64,000 bases of DNA from a virus (lineage: Duplodnaviria > Caudoviricetes). The position numbers and the translations under genes are program-made. Position 1 is the first letter of the stretch, and each line of letters starts with the position of its first letter. The notes under the pieces were generated by a model. It was not told where the DNA came from, made no database searches, and saw only the letters and a program-made list of their open reading frames with translations. The DNA lies in IMG/VR virus record IMGVR_UViG_3300021400_000244, positions 1-64,000 of that record; one strand, given 5' to 3'. Positions 39,568 to 50,408 of this stretch are shown here, piece by piece.

Positions 39568-39889
39568 ATTGCTCCTTCTTTTTTTTATCCTTTTGGGTCT
39601 TACGCAAAGATTCTACAAACTTTTTATGATTCATTTTCGCAAAATCTTCACGGAGTGCGCTATCCCAATCTGCGTAGCCAATTGTTACCGAACCAGTTTC
39701 TTCGTTTAACTCTAAAAAATCACCGTCATAAAGATAATGTTCTTTACTATCGGTATAAGTATGTTTAAAAACTAAGAAAAAAGTAATTGCGGCCGATCCT
39801 CGAACTTGCGTGATAAGACCGCAATCAATTAATTTTTCAACTCACCAAGGAATAATATTATCACCAACATAATATCTAGTTTTCATCAT
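39533..39889 (-). CDS. Hypothetical protein, 118 aa (1 TGA=Trp)
   Basis: MMKTRYYVGDNIIPWWVEK...; fills the gap between dnaE and gmk; ends TAG. Confidence 0.6.
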
Positions 39890-42800
39890 CACCACTTTCT
39901 CCCCATCTCCATGCTGTCATATCTATTGTACCATTATTTTTTACTTCTGTCAAGATACGATAACATTGATGTGATTTCGTATGACGATATGACTTAGTGA
40001 AGAACATTCCTGATCTCTTAAATCCATTAAACATTAACAAAGTTCCACGAGTGAACCAGCCTTTTTCCATTACTTTCTTTGATCCATCTGGCTGGACTTG
40101 ACTCATTTGTCGATTCAATCTTGCATAATAATCTCTACTCATTTTAACTGTAACTACACCACTTTCAGGTGTAAGAATACTTACACAAGATTTATTATCT
40201 TCTTTTGCTACTACTGCACCAACAATTCGACAAGTTTTAAATAATGGAATATCAATCCCATTACGTTTAAAAGTTCTATCAACTGGCGGATTATCTGGCA
40301 AACTATTATAAGCCTTTATATTATATGCCAACTTATCAAGTTTCTTCATTGGATGATCATGATAATAAAAACCAAGACTATCCATTTCCCAAGTTGACAA
40401 TGTACCTGCCGCATATTTATTCCAAACTTCATCAAACAAAGTTTGATTTAATTTTTGTAACATTTCATCTTGATGTTCCCGCAAATAATCTCGAGCTTTA
40501 TCCATACCTTTTGTATAAAGTTTTTGCCAAACTTTTTGATCAATTGCAATATTACCATCATAAATAGTAGTTAAATCTACATCAAAAAATTCTTCATAAA
40601 ACTCATAAAAATTATCTGGAAGTAAATAAACATCATCAAGTTTACAGAATTTCCGCAAAGCCTTGTTAAATACAAATAATCTTCTTTCAAAACTAAGACT
40701 ATCTGGGATTAAATTTCTTTCCATCAAACCATTAAAATTTTGAAGAGTTAATCTCTTTTTTGGCTCACAAATTGACCAGATATATTCCCGCATAATATCT
40801 TCTCTATTACCAAACTTATCAAAAGCTCCGCTCTTAATAAGTGAAATCAAAACTGGCTTCTTAACTTTTACTCTCTCTTGGAAATCATTAAAACTTTCAT
40901 ATGGACGATTTTCAATAATATCTTGAATAATCTCTCCACCTACTCCGTTCAAACCTTTCATTCCAAAAAGAATACTACCAGTCTCAACATCTGGTTCAAA
41001 CATATATCCTGACTTATTGATATCAATTAATGACATTGGAATACCACAATGAATAATATTTCCTACTGCTTTCGCAATCTTACCATAATTACTACTCGCA
41101 TCTTCATCAAGTCCTGCATCAACTCTAAGACACGCCGTATTCCAATAGACAGGATCAAAATAAGTTGCAAGATAAATCGTTTGCAATCCTACAAAACTAT
41201 ATGCCAAACTATGAATAAGTGAGAAAGAATATCCCATTTGCGGTTTAATTGCAGTTTCCCAAACATATTCACCAAGTCTTTGATTAACTGCTTTACTCAA
41301 AACCAATTCATGCAATTCTTCAATTCGATTCATTTGTTTCTTTGCACAAATCTTGCGGGCATCATTTGCTTCTTTAAGACTAAATCCACAAATATCTGGA
41401 TCCATTAAAATCATCATCATATCTTCTTGCTGCGCGGGAGTTGCATAAGTTTCAAGATAATATCTCTCTAATATCTTTTGATCTACTTCCCGCAAATGCC
41501 ATCTTGACATTTCATCATACCAACGAGACATATTATCTTTCATTCTTTTATATCTCTCAGTTGGTGTCTCTCCACCCTTTTCTGCGGCCATTAATCTCAT
41601 TACAGAATTACAGTTTGCCATTTCGCGTGGTGACTTTGGCCGCAACAATTTTACAGTTTGACTTCCAACTTGACTATCAAACTGGAAAAGTTTTAATACT
41701 TTACCCTCAGCAAGAACATTCCACATCTTATCATCATCTATTGGAAGAACGTCTGGATGAAGATATTTATCATACAATTGTCGCAAACTTAAATTTTGAT
41801 CAACCTCATTATATTCACTCAACATATTAAGACATTGAACAATTACATCCTGAATTTCTGTTACAAGAAAATCAAATTTAACGTCTCCGCAATATTCTGC
41901 ATCGTGAAGTGAGAACTGAGTTACAATTGCTCCACTTGTTGCTTTCATAAAACATGCACTATCAAATGGATCATTCATATAAAAGTTTACACCACTCGCG
42001 TGAATACCACGATGATTAATCAATCCTTCAATTTTCTCAATAATTTCAAGAAGTCCCGGATATTTTCTAACTTCCGCTAGGAAATTCTTTACTGGCTTAC
42101 GATCTTTTTCTTCATTACCATAAACCAAATCATGAACCGGCCAAACAAATCCACGTTCACTTGGTGCAAGACTTGTCATATATTGAGCTACATCATTATC
42201 AATTCCATCTGGAAAATCTTTTGAACGATAACCACGACAAGCTGTTGAGATTGCTGAACGTGTTGTCTCTGTACCATATGTACAAACTTGAACGCATCCA
42301 AGTTGACCAACTTCTTCACGAATTGATTTAAAAATTTCTTCTCTCTTGGATGGGCAAATATCAATATCAATATCTCCCAACTCAATACGCTCTTTATTAC
42401 TATATCTCCAATAGGGAAGATTATACTTAATTGGATCAAGCTGAGTAATTCCTAGAAGATAATGATTCAATCCAGAACATGCGGAACCTCGTCCCGCGCC
42501 TACAGTTGAACCAATTTCCCAAAATGAATCAATGTAATGCTGAAGAAAAATTGGATATGCAAACATACAAGTTCCAAGTTTTTCTCCAATTACTTTCTGA
42601 ATATCTGCTTCTTCTTCAAGTCGCGCAAGATAAATATCATTGAACAAATTAAGTTCTTTAAGTTTATCACAACAATAATTAACCCAATATCTTTCTTGCG
42701 GATTATCACTTGAATACAAATAATCCAAAGTATTATAACCCATCTTTGACATTACTTTAGGATAATCTTTTACTGGAACTTGCGGGACTTGCTGTTTATG

Positions 42801-43701
42801 TGCAAAACCAAAATCTTGAATCTTACTTTTTACTTCCAAAGTATTTGCTTCAAGTTCCGCATAATCAAGACCAGTTCCTTCAAGATTTTGAATTATTTCT
42901 TCTGTCGTTTGAAGATACGCATACGCATAAAATTCATCTACTTCTCGATCACCTTGTTTTGAGTTAAGAAATGCCTTATGAACTTCTCGATCACTCTTCT
43001 TCAAATAATGAGCATCAGTTGTTACTACAATCTTAACTCCAAAATAATCACTCAAAGCTTTCATTCGACTATTAACAATCATCTGCTCTCTACTTTGAGC
43101 TGGCTGAATCTCAAAATAATAATCGTCTCCAAATACAGACTTACACCAATTTACAAAATCTACAATCCTATAATAATATTCAGCCTTACCTTCAATATTA
43201 CCAACTCTCTCAGCTTTATCCATTTCAAGAATACAATAATCAAGTTCTGAACCAAGACATGCGGATGATGCAATAAGATGACCCTTACCAAATTCTTCTA
43301 CACATGCCATTACTTCTGCTTTGAGAGTTGGCACTCTCTCCATACCTCTATCAAAATAACTATTCATCCAAGAATTTGATGACAGTTTCCGCAGCATCTT
43401 TGCACCAATTGCATCTTTTGCAATTAAAATAAAGTGCCAATATCGCTGTCCACTTCCACGTTCATCAATAAGATAAATCTCATTACCATATCCAATTTTA
43501 AAACTTGGATTCTTCTTTTGGACTTTCTGTCTAATCTGATCAAGCTTAACCCAATTACCTAATGCTTCATGGTCAGTTAAACAAATACCTTCAAGACCAA
43601 TTTCTACGGCATAATTAACAAGAGAATCAACTGTATTTATGCAGTCAAAGTAAGCGAATATTGCTCATATCAGAATGGGAATGCATCTCAAACCTAGACA
43701 A
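39876..43701 (-). CDS. dnaE: DNA polymerase III alpha subunit (family C), 1274 aa, requiring a +1 frameshift after codon 18
   Basis: AAGGAGG RBS and TTG 43701 give MSRFEMHSHSDMSNIRLL. The +1 frame continues DCINTVDSLV...LTDHE (PHP domain) into track ORF 39876-43397 with GAGRGS, DIDID, GIHASG and YSFSLIHS. Confidence 0.9.
43644..43650 (-). promoter_or_regulatory. Candidate programmed +1 frameshift site CTT-TGA-C (prfB-type heptamer)
   Basis: Minus strand CGC TTA CTT TGA CTG; the PHP motif HxH...LLD is restored only by a +1 shift here. Confidence 0.6.
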
Positions 43702-44554
43702 TATTCTCCCTCCTTTCACTCATAATATTTTCAATAAAATAATCAGACGTTGTATGTGTTTTTTCTTTAAATTCTACTCATTCTTTTTGTGTCATATCTC
43801 TTTTAGCTAAATTTTCAAATACAGTTAAAACTTGTAAATTTGTAAAATTATTTCCTCCACCTTTGGACTTAGGTATAATATGATCTAAACTAGGTTTTGC
43901 TCAGTCATAATAAGTATCTTCTTTTTCATGTGCTTTTCAAAAATTATATACCATTAAAAACTGTTTGTCAACTTCTAATTGTTGAATAGCTTCTTCATAT
44001 TCTTCAATTGGACAATTAATATAATAACGATCAGTCGCAGAATCAACTAATAACCTATGTAAAAATAAAAACCATTCAAAGTTATCTTTATATTTATCAA
44101 CAAATTCTTCTCTCATTCCTGGACGAGCAGAAGCTAAAAAAGCTCTTTGTTTTCGTCCACACCCGCAAGTTTCTTGATGATAATTACCGTTTGTAGTTAA
44201 ATAAGAAAATCTAACTTGTATATGTTTTTTACCACAATTTAAACAATCACAATACATTAATGTTCCATTGTATTGTTGATTATATTCTTCTTTTGGAACT
44301 ATACCTGTTATTTTTAATTTACCTACAGTTTTTCCTATATAATCTTTTGGTTTTTCTTTTATAGATCGAGCTTTGATTTGATATTCATTTGAATGAATAT
44401 ACTCTTTAAAAGAATTAAAATCGTAATTTCAAATGTTTTTTTCTTTAATTCCTTTAACATAACCTTTTGTAACTCACCTAGAAATTGTAGCTCTAGGTAA
44501 GTTACGTTGAAATTGAGTATAAAAATATTCATTTAATTCTTGATAAGAGGCCAT
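43694..44554 (-). CDS. Free-standing HNH endonuclease, 286 aa (5 TGA=Trp)
   Basis: AAGGAG RBS; CDCLNCG and TCGCG; KPSLDHIIPKSKGGGNNFTNLQVLTVFENLAK; its TAG overlaps the dnaE start. Confidence 0.82.
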
Positions 44555-44652
44555 GTCTCATCACTCCTTTAATAATTCTTTTTTATTGATTCTATTAATA
44601 TATCAAGATTGGAATAATAAGATTATTTTTATTGACCCCATCTTTTAATTAA

Positions 44653-44681
44653 ATTATATCATATTTTTTAGATTCTGTCAA
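44653..44681 (-). promoter_or_regulatory. Sigma70/SigA-type promoter upstream of HNH-dnaE
   Basis: TTGACA-17-TATAAT. Confidence 0.8.
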
Positions 44682-44683
44682 CT

Positions 44684-44863
44684 TTATTTATGGTTTAACA
44701 TTAAAGCAAACACATGAGGTATTTTATCCGCATACTCTTTAAGATCTTCATATGTCCCGGGTTCAAAATATCCACCCTGTTTCTGTTCTAAGAAAAAACG
44801 ATAACCTTCTTTAACAAGCCAAGATAATTCATTAAAAAATTCTTCTGATAATTCTAAAGCCAT
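44684..44863 (-). CDS. Hypothetical protein, 59 aa
   Basis: ATG immediately after the recJ stop; part of track ORF 44684-44902. Confidence 0.55.
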   Translation of the reverse strand: MALELSEEFFNELSWLVKEGYRFFLEQKQGGYFEPGTYEDLKEYADKIPHVFALMLNHK

Positions 44864-44864
44864 A

Positions 44865-46655
44865 TTAAAATACCCATTCTTCATTAATATAAAAATCCTC
44901 AATAATAAGTTGTGCAGTTACATTTCCATTTCATTCATTTCTTGAACAACGGCACACCGCAGTAAGATACATATTAGGTCTAGTAAATTGTTCAAATTCT
45001 TCTTGTGAAGATTTAAATTTCATAATATCTACACCATTTGATAAATGTATTTTTAGCGTAGGATGTTTATCCGGCGAAAGAAGTTGAACAGAAGTTAGAG
45101 GAATGTCTTTAATTGCAATATATGGTTCAGGTAATCCCTGTCCCCAAGTAGATTTATTCTGTGCAATCATTAGAATCTTCTGAGGATCAATATCTTTATT
45201 AAACCATTCAAAATCAACCCAATATACAGGTTCTTGCGCAGCTTCACTATAAATTGCATTAGTCTTTTGAATAAAATCTTGCAATTTAGATTCAGGAATA
45301 GAGATTCCGAAAGCTGAGCTATGGCCCTGTGCATATTCTACATCCCCTGTATCTTCACAGAGCTGCCGCATATCTTCTATTTCTGACATAGAATAATTTC
45401 TAGCGGATCCTCTATAATAATATTCCTTATCATCTTTCCCTTTTGACTTTGTGAGGACAAGACATGGGTGCTGATATTTCGCTTGAATCTTATTGGCGAC
45501 AAGTCCAGCGAGATTTTTTTCCACTTCTCCGGGTTCGCAGCAACAGACAATAATACCATTTTCTGTCAATCGTTCAGTTTGAATTCGTTGTTCGAGCAAA
45601 TCCATTGCAGCATCTTGGAGCTTTGTTTGTCTAGCTTTGACGTTAGCTGCGATTCTAACTGCTTCTTCAACTCTTGGTACCAGTTCTCCTTTGTGGCCAC
45701 GTTTACCACTCTCAATCTTATCGAAGGCATAAAACTTTAGCATAGATTTAAAAATTAAATCTTTTTCTTCCATAGTACCAGAACGCACAATAGCATTGAT
45801 AAATGGAGTTACATAAAATGCTATTGACATATAATTAATTCCACCCATTTTATCAATACTAAATTTATTTTTTTCACACATATAATAGAAGAATGGATTA
45901 TGAATATTACCTAACCCCATATCAATAATGGCTTTGTTTTCTAGTGATCTGTAATCACACATATCACTCAGGACACCCAATGCTGCAAGATCAACATACT
46001 GATTCGCACCAAGCCAACTTTCAAGGTTAGTTAATCCCATAACCATATCGTATGCTCGACAAATACGCCAAGTTACACCAGCTCCAGATAAATCTTTATT
46101 AGGATAATCACAAATTTGATTATTGATAATGATACAATTATCATTATGAATTCAATTATCAGATTCATGGTGGTCCATACAAAGAACATACTTACCAGCA
46201 TCTACTAATTGTTGCATCTGTTCAATATTATTTGTACCTGCATCTGGAATTACAATAAGACTTGAATCATCCTCTAAAAGTTGATCTATAACATCCTCTA
46301 ACCCATGCTGTTTCCCGCTATGCAAAACATAACGTAGTTTAGGAAGAATTTTTGCTTTACTCTGATCATAAGAATATAAATCATACATATAATTCAAAAA
46401 AATTGCGGCACTCGTAAAACCATCTGCATCTGCATCTACTACTACAGTCAAAGGTACTTCTGCTTCAACAGCTGTCCGCATTAATTCAACAGCTCTCATA
46501 ACAATACCTTCACCAAAAGCAAAAGGAGAATTTACATCTTCTCAGAAAGAAGCGTTAATCCATTTATCTTGATCTTCTTTTGTCTTTATTCCACGATTAT
46601 ATAATATTTGTCGCATCGTTCCTTGTGTAGGCTCATTAAATAATTTATAAATCAA
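44865..46655 (-). CDS. recJ: RecJ-like ssDNA exonuclease (DHH family), 596 aa (3 TGA=Trp)
   Basis: VDADADG, PDAG, MDHH, LSGAGV, ALGVLSD, RGSAR and QGHSSAFG; fragments 46152-46499 and 44931-46046 in frame. Confidence 0.88.
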
Positions 46656-46854
46656 TATTACCCTCCCTTGCTTTAAACCATTTACAAAAACATCCTTGCC
46701 ATCTTCATAGAAAAAGATGATCTATCAAAGGTATATCTTTTACTAAACATTTTCAAAAACCACAACAACTTGGTTCAATTCATTTATGAAATTTACAATA
46801 TCTACAACGAGGATGTTTCTTTCTATAAGCTAAGATATGATTCTGTGTCTCCAT
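46645..46854 (-). CDS. Small Cys-rich protein, 69 aa (3 TGA=Trp)
   Basis: YRKKHPRCRYCKFHKW...CCGFWKC...CFCKWF; fills the gap between primase and recJ. Confidence 0.55.
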
Positions 46855-47897
46855 AGATAGAGGAAAGCCTCCTTCCCACAATCCATTGGACTGTTTTTAT
46901 ATCCAAGTAAATTATATTGATCAAATAACACACTTACAGAAACCTCTGCACTTAATTTCATATATAATCTATCAATCTTTTTAACATTTTCATCATATTC
47001 TTTACCATACATTTCTTGGAAATCTTTGTCAAATCCTAATACAATTTCTTTAACACCGGCATCCAAAAGAAGTTGAAATTGATAACGAGAAATACTACTG
47101 CCGCAAACTGCTACGCATATATTATTTTTCGTACCAAAGTAAGATTGATATTGCATTACAGATTTTTCTGATTCAACTACAATTGCAAGTTGCATAGATT
47201 TTATATTCTCTTTAGCTCTATCAAATCCATATAAATTAAAAGCCAAAGGATGATTACATAATTGACCTTGAAATCTTGCGGGTCTATACTTACCATAGAT
47301 TTCATTCTCTTGGACTAAAGTTCTTTGTCTAATACCAACTAATCTATGATCTACATCATAATGCGGAATCAATACTGCTCCATTTACAGGATCATATTTT
47401 ATTCCCATATATTTTATTATCTCAGGAGAAATTCCTTCTGCTTCCCAATTTAATATCCTTGGTTGCGGATAATGCTCAATATAATTAGGACACTCAGGTA
47501 AAATAACTTTTTCCTGAGATCGAGGTTCAATCTCTAATAATCTTTTATTTGCAGTTAATATTCTAAAATCTTCAATGTCAAAATCTAAGTCATCAGATAT
47601 TTGACTCTGTAAATTAAAAAAGTTAACTACAAAATAAATTGCTTGATTTAAGTCATCTATTTGTTGAACTTTTTGAACTAATTCAAATACATCAAAAGTT
47701 CCGCAACTACCTGTAAAACATTTAAATAATTGAGTATTCTCATAGTAATATAACTTATGACTATCGCCGCCATGACAAATAGTTCTTGCAATAATATAAT
47801 CATTAAACATTTGAGGTTCGGCATCAAAATAATCCAATAAATTATATATATCTTCTAATTCTATTTTTTCTTTTACATCGTCTTTATTATAACTCAT
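46830..47897 (-). CDS. dnaG: DNA primase (Zn-binding domain plus TOPRIM)
   Basis: TICH...CFTGSCG; VVESEKS; LGFDKD; adjacent to the helicase. Confidence 0.82.
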   Translation of the reverse strand: MSYNKDDVKEKIELEDIYNLLDYFDAEPQMFNDYIIARTICHGGDSHKLYYYENTQLFKCFTGSCGTFDVFELVQKVQQIDDLNQAIYFVVNFFNLQSQISDDLDFDIEDFRILTANKRLLEIEPRSQEKVILPECPNYIEHYPQPRILNWEAEGISPEIIKYMGIKYDPVNGAVLIPHYDVDHRLVGIRQRTLVQENEIYGKYRPARFQGQLCNHPLAFNLYGFDRAKENIKSMQLAIVVESEKSVMQYQSYFGTKNNICVAVCGSSISRYQFQLLLDAGVKEIVLGFDKDFQEMYGKEYDENVKKIDRLYMKLSAEVSVSVLFDQYNLLGYKNSPMDCGKEAFLYLWRHRIIS

Positions 47898-47909
47898 GCC
47901 GCACCTCCT

Positions 47910-49421
47910 TTATGTTCTCATTGCAATATGTGTTTCACCTATTGGAATTAATTTATAATTATATGTTGTACAAAACATTCCATCAAAACGGCAAGTTCCT
48001 TTATTTGCGTACATCCAAATATAACATCTATTATACATTCCTCTACGATTTTTGTAAATAGAAAGTTTCACATTCGGCATCCGCATACCATCATTAATTA
48101 CATTGGCTAATTTATCTCTATCTTCTTCTGTTGTATCAAGAAGAATCATACCCATATCAATTTTATCTGCGATTGATTTTGCTCCTCGCAACAAATTTTG
48201 ATCAGGTACATCTGATGTTTTCCAGTCTTGATTTAACTGAGTTGAAGATAAAATAAAAACATTATATTGAGTTGCAATCTCTTTTAGTTTAACACTTAAA
48301 AGAAACAATACATTATCTTCACGTAATTTTACTCCACCAGAACGACGAGTAATTTCTTCAAGAATTTTCATTGAAGTGTGGATATAATCTAAGAATACGT
48401 ATTGAACTTCATACATGCGGATACTACGCTTAATTGAATTTTCAATATCCTTCAGATTAAAATCTGGAATAACTTCAACATATAATGGACTCTGCTTAAT
48501 AATTTCAATTGCTTCTCGAGCTCGTTGTTGTTCCTCAAAACTCATTATATTATTAAGAATATATTCTTCATCAATATCAGCTAAGAATGAAACCATCATT
48601 GTTTGAATTTCTTCAAGTTCCAATTCTGTACTGATAAAAAATGCAGGAAATGCTAATCCATTATCTCGCCATTCACCATCTTTCCAAATTTTATTACAAC
48701 CACAATTACAAAAATCTGCAATCATTGAACGAGTTTTACCCACACCAGTCGCCGCGGATCTAAGATAAAATTTTCCTAAACGCATACCTCTTGTTACCGT
48801 ATTAACCAGATCTCCATACATTGGTTGACCTACATCTGGATTTTGTCCTAATGAATCAAATAATTCATCAATTCCTGTAGATGCCAATATACTATCATCA
48901 CTTGAATTATCTACATACTCTGCCCGCACATGAGCAATTTTATTATCTATTTGATCTGCAATTTCATCAAGACTAAGACTATTAAGATATGCTATCTTTG
49001 TTTCTCTCTTGGATTGATCTAATTCATCTGGATCATAAATCCAAGAGACATCAATACCTATTTTATTATATTCTCTCAACAAAGTAAATTTCTTTGTCTG
49101 AGCATAATAATAATCAAAGTTACTTCTATCTGCTTGCTCTGCGGCCGTTAATAGAAATCTTGCTCCATCATTTGCTTTATAAGTTGCATAAGAGTGCGGC
49201 CGAGATTGCAAATAATTTTCAATAGATTGAATTGTTACTTGCCGCACACCCATTGTGTGCATATTAGACAAAGAAGCAAAAACAATTTGATGAAATTCTT
49301 TTACAAAATCTGCGGTTGTTAAAAAGTATTTACCTTCATCATCTAAGATTGTAATATCATTAATAAGACAACCTAGAAGTTGAACTAGAGAAGGCGTATC
49401 TGCATAACGTGAACTATCCAA
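47910..49421 (-). CDS. dnaB: Replicative DnaB-like (SF4) helicase
   Basis: SAATGVGKT, ISTEL, FLDYI, STQLN, GAKSIADKID and KNRRG. Confidence 0.85.
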   Translation of the reverse strand: MDSSRYADTPSLVQLLGCLINDITILDDEGKYFLTTADFVKEFHQIVFASLSNMHTMGVRQVTIQSIENYLQSRPHSYATYKANDGARFLLTAAEQADRSNFDYYYAQTKKFTLLREYNKIGIDVSWIYDPDELDQSKRETKIAYLNSLSLDEIADQIDNKIAHVRAEYVDNSSDDSILASTGIDELFDSLGQNPDVGQPMYGDLVNTVTRGMRLGKFYLRSAATGVGKTRSMIADFCNCGCNKIWKDGEWRDNGLAFPAFFISTELELEEIQTMMVSFLADIDEEYILNNIMSFEEQQRAREAIEIIKQSPLYVEVIPDFNLKDIENSIKRSIRMYEVQYVFLDYIHTSMKILEEITRRSGGVKLREDNVLFLLSVKLKEIATQYNVFILSSTQLNQDWKTSDVPDQNLLRGAKSIADKIDMGMILLDTTEEDRDKLANVINDGMRMPNVKLSIYKNRRGMYNRCYIWMYANKGTCRFDGMFCTTYNYKLIPIGETHIAMRT

Positions 49422-49431
49422 ATGATACCTC

Positions 49432-49905
49432 CTAATCTAATTCATAAAATTTAACATGACGTGGTTTTGTAATTGGAGTTGCTTTACCAATTACATTTTT
49501 AGTTTCTTTAATAAAGTCTTTAATATTTTTTCCTTTATTTAATTCAGCATTTTTCTTTTGCTGCTGCATATATTTTAAATAATCAGAATAAATATAAGGT
49601 ACAATTCCAATACCACCATTTGCCTGAGAAGTATCAGAATGTTTTATTTCGTACCAATAAATTAATGTTCTATAAATTGAATCAATTGTCATTCCTTCTT
49701 TAGAAACAAAATGCTTAATTTGAGATTCAACTTTTGTTTTTGAATATCCTTCTCCTAATATATGCTGCATTAATTGATGAATTTGTTCTACTGAATCTGC
49801 ACAATTTTTATGTGCATATCTGCGGCCGATCTGAACAAATTCTGTATTTTCTCTTTGAAAGGACTGGCCGCAATATGGACATTTAACAGGTGCAAGTTTT
49901 GCCAT
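49432..49905 (-). CDS. Hypothetical protein with N-terminal Zn-finger-like motif, 157 aa
   Basis: CPYC...HKNC; AAGGAG RBS. Confidence 0.65.
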   Translation of the reverse strand: MAKLAPVKCPYCGQSFQRENTEFVQIGRRYAHKNCADSVEQIHQLMQHILGEGYSKTKVESQIKHFVSKEGMTIDSIYRTLIYWYEIKHSDTSQANGGIGIVPYIYSDYLKYMQQQKKNAELNKGKNIKDFIKETKNVIGKATPITKPRHVKFYELD

Positions 49906-49937
49906 TAAACTCCTTTCATCGATATTTTTATCAATTA

Positions 49938-49966
49938 ATTATAACATATATTTTTGTTTTTGTCAA
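49938..49966 (-). promoter_or_regulatory. Sigma70/SigA-type promoter of the helicase-primase operon
   Basis: TTGACA-17-TATAAT. Confidence 0.8.
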
Positions 49967-50008
49967 ATAAAAAAGCCACCCTCAGATAGAGGATGGCTTG
50001 GAATTATC

Positions 50009-50099
50009 TGGCGGAGTAACTCAGAATTGAACTGAGACAGCCCTTATTTTAGGCTGGAAGGATTAGCAATCCTCTGCGATACCATTACGCCATTACTCC
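50009..50099 (-). tRNA. tRNA-Ser(GCT)
   Basis: GGAGTAA/TTACTCC acceptor with G73 and CCA; anticodon loop TT-GCT-AA; long variable arm; TTCAATT T-loop. Confidence 0.9.
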
Positions 50100-50101
50100 G
50101 G

Positions 50102-50191
50102 AAGAGAGTAAGGGATTCGAACCCTTGAGACGTTTATAAACGCCTTCCTGTTTTCTAGACAGATGCCTTCAACCAACTCGGCCAACTCTCC
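50102..50191 (-). tRNA. tRNA-Ser(AGA), A34 anticodon
   Basis: GGAGAGT/ACTCTCT acceptor; TCTGT-CTAGAAA-ACAGG anticodon arm; long variable arm; GTTCGAATC T-loop; no encoded CCA. Confidence 0.82.
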
Positions 50192-50192
50192 A

Positions 50193-50408
50193 TTAAAAAT
50201 TAAAAGTTATTTCAATGAAAGTTCCATTTGTATCTTGATAATAAGCAACAACATATAAACTTGTTTTAGACTCTTTTGAAGTAGATCCATTAGTATACCA
50301 ATGATCAAATATTAAATTGTGGTCTTTAAGAAATTGTTCAATTTCTTCTAAAGTTTTACAATTTTTAATTTGTGCTAATTCATTGCCAACATTCATTCTA
50401 TAGTCCAT
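50193..50408 (-). CDS. Hypothetical protein, 71 aa
   Basis: Track ORF between the ATPase and the tRNAs. Confidence 0.5.
   Translation of the reverse strand: MDYRMNVGNELAQIKNCKTLEEIEQFLKDHNLIFDHWYTNGSTSKESKTSLYVVAYYQDTNGTFIEITFNF

Noticed and set aside
43694-44554. Intron or intein splitting dnaE
   Set aside because: dnaE has its own RBS and start downstream of the HNH gene; no upstream exon or intein motifs were seen
50102-50191. Suppressor tRNA (CUA or UCA) or tRNA-Leu(TAG)
   Set aside because: The 5-bp stem TCTGT/ACAGG fixes a 7-nt loop with AGA at positions 34-36; no UCA tRNA was seen in the window
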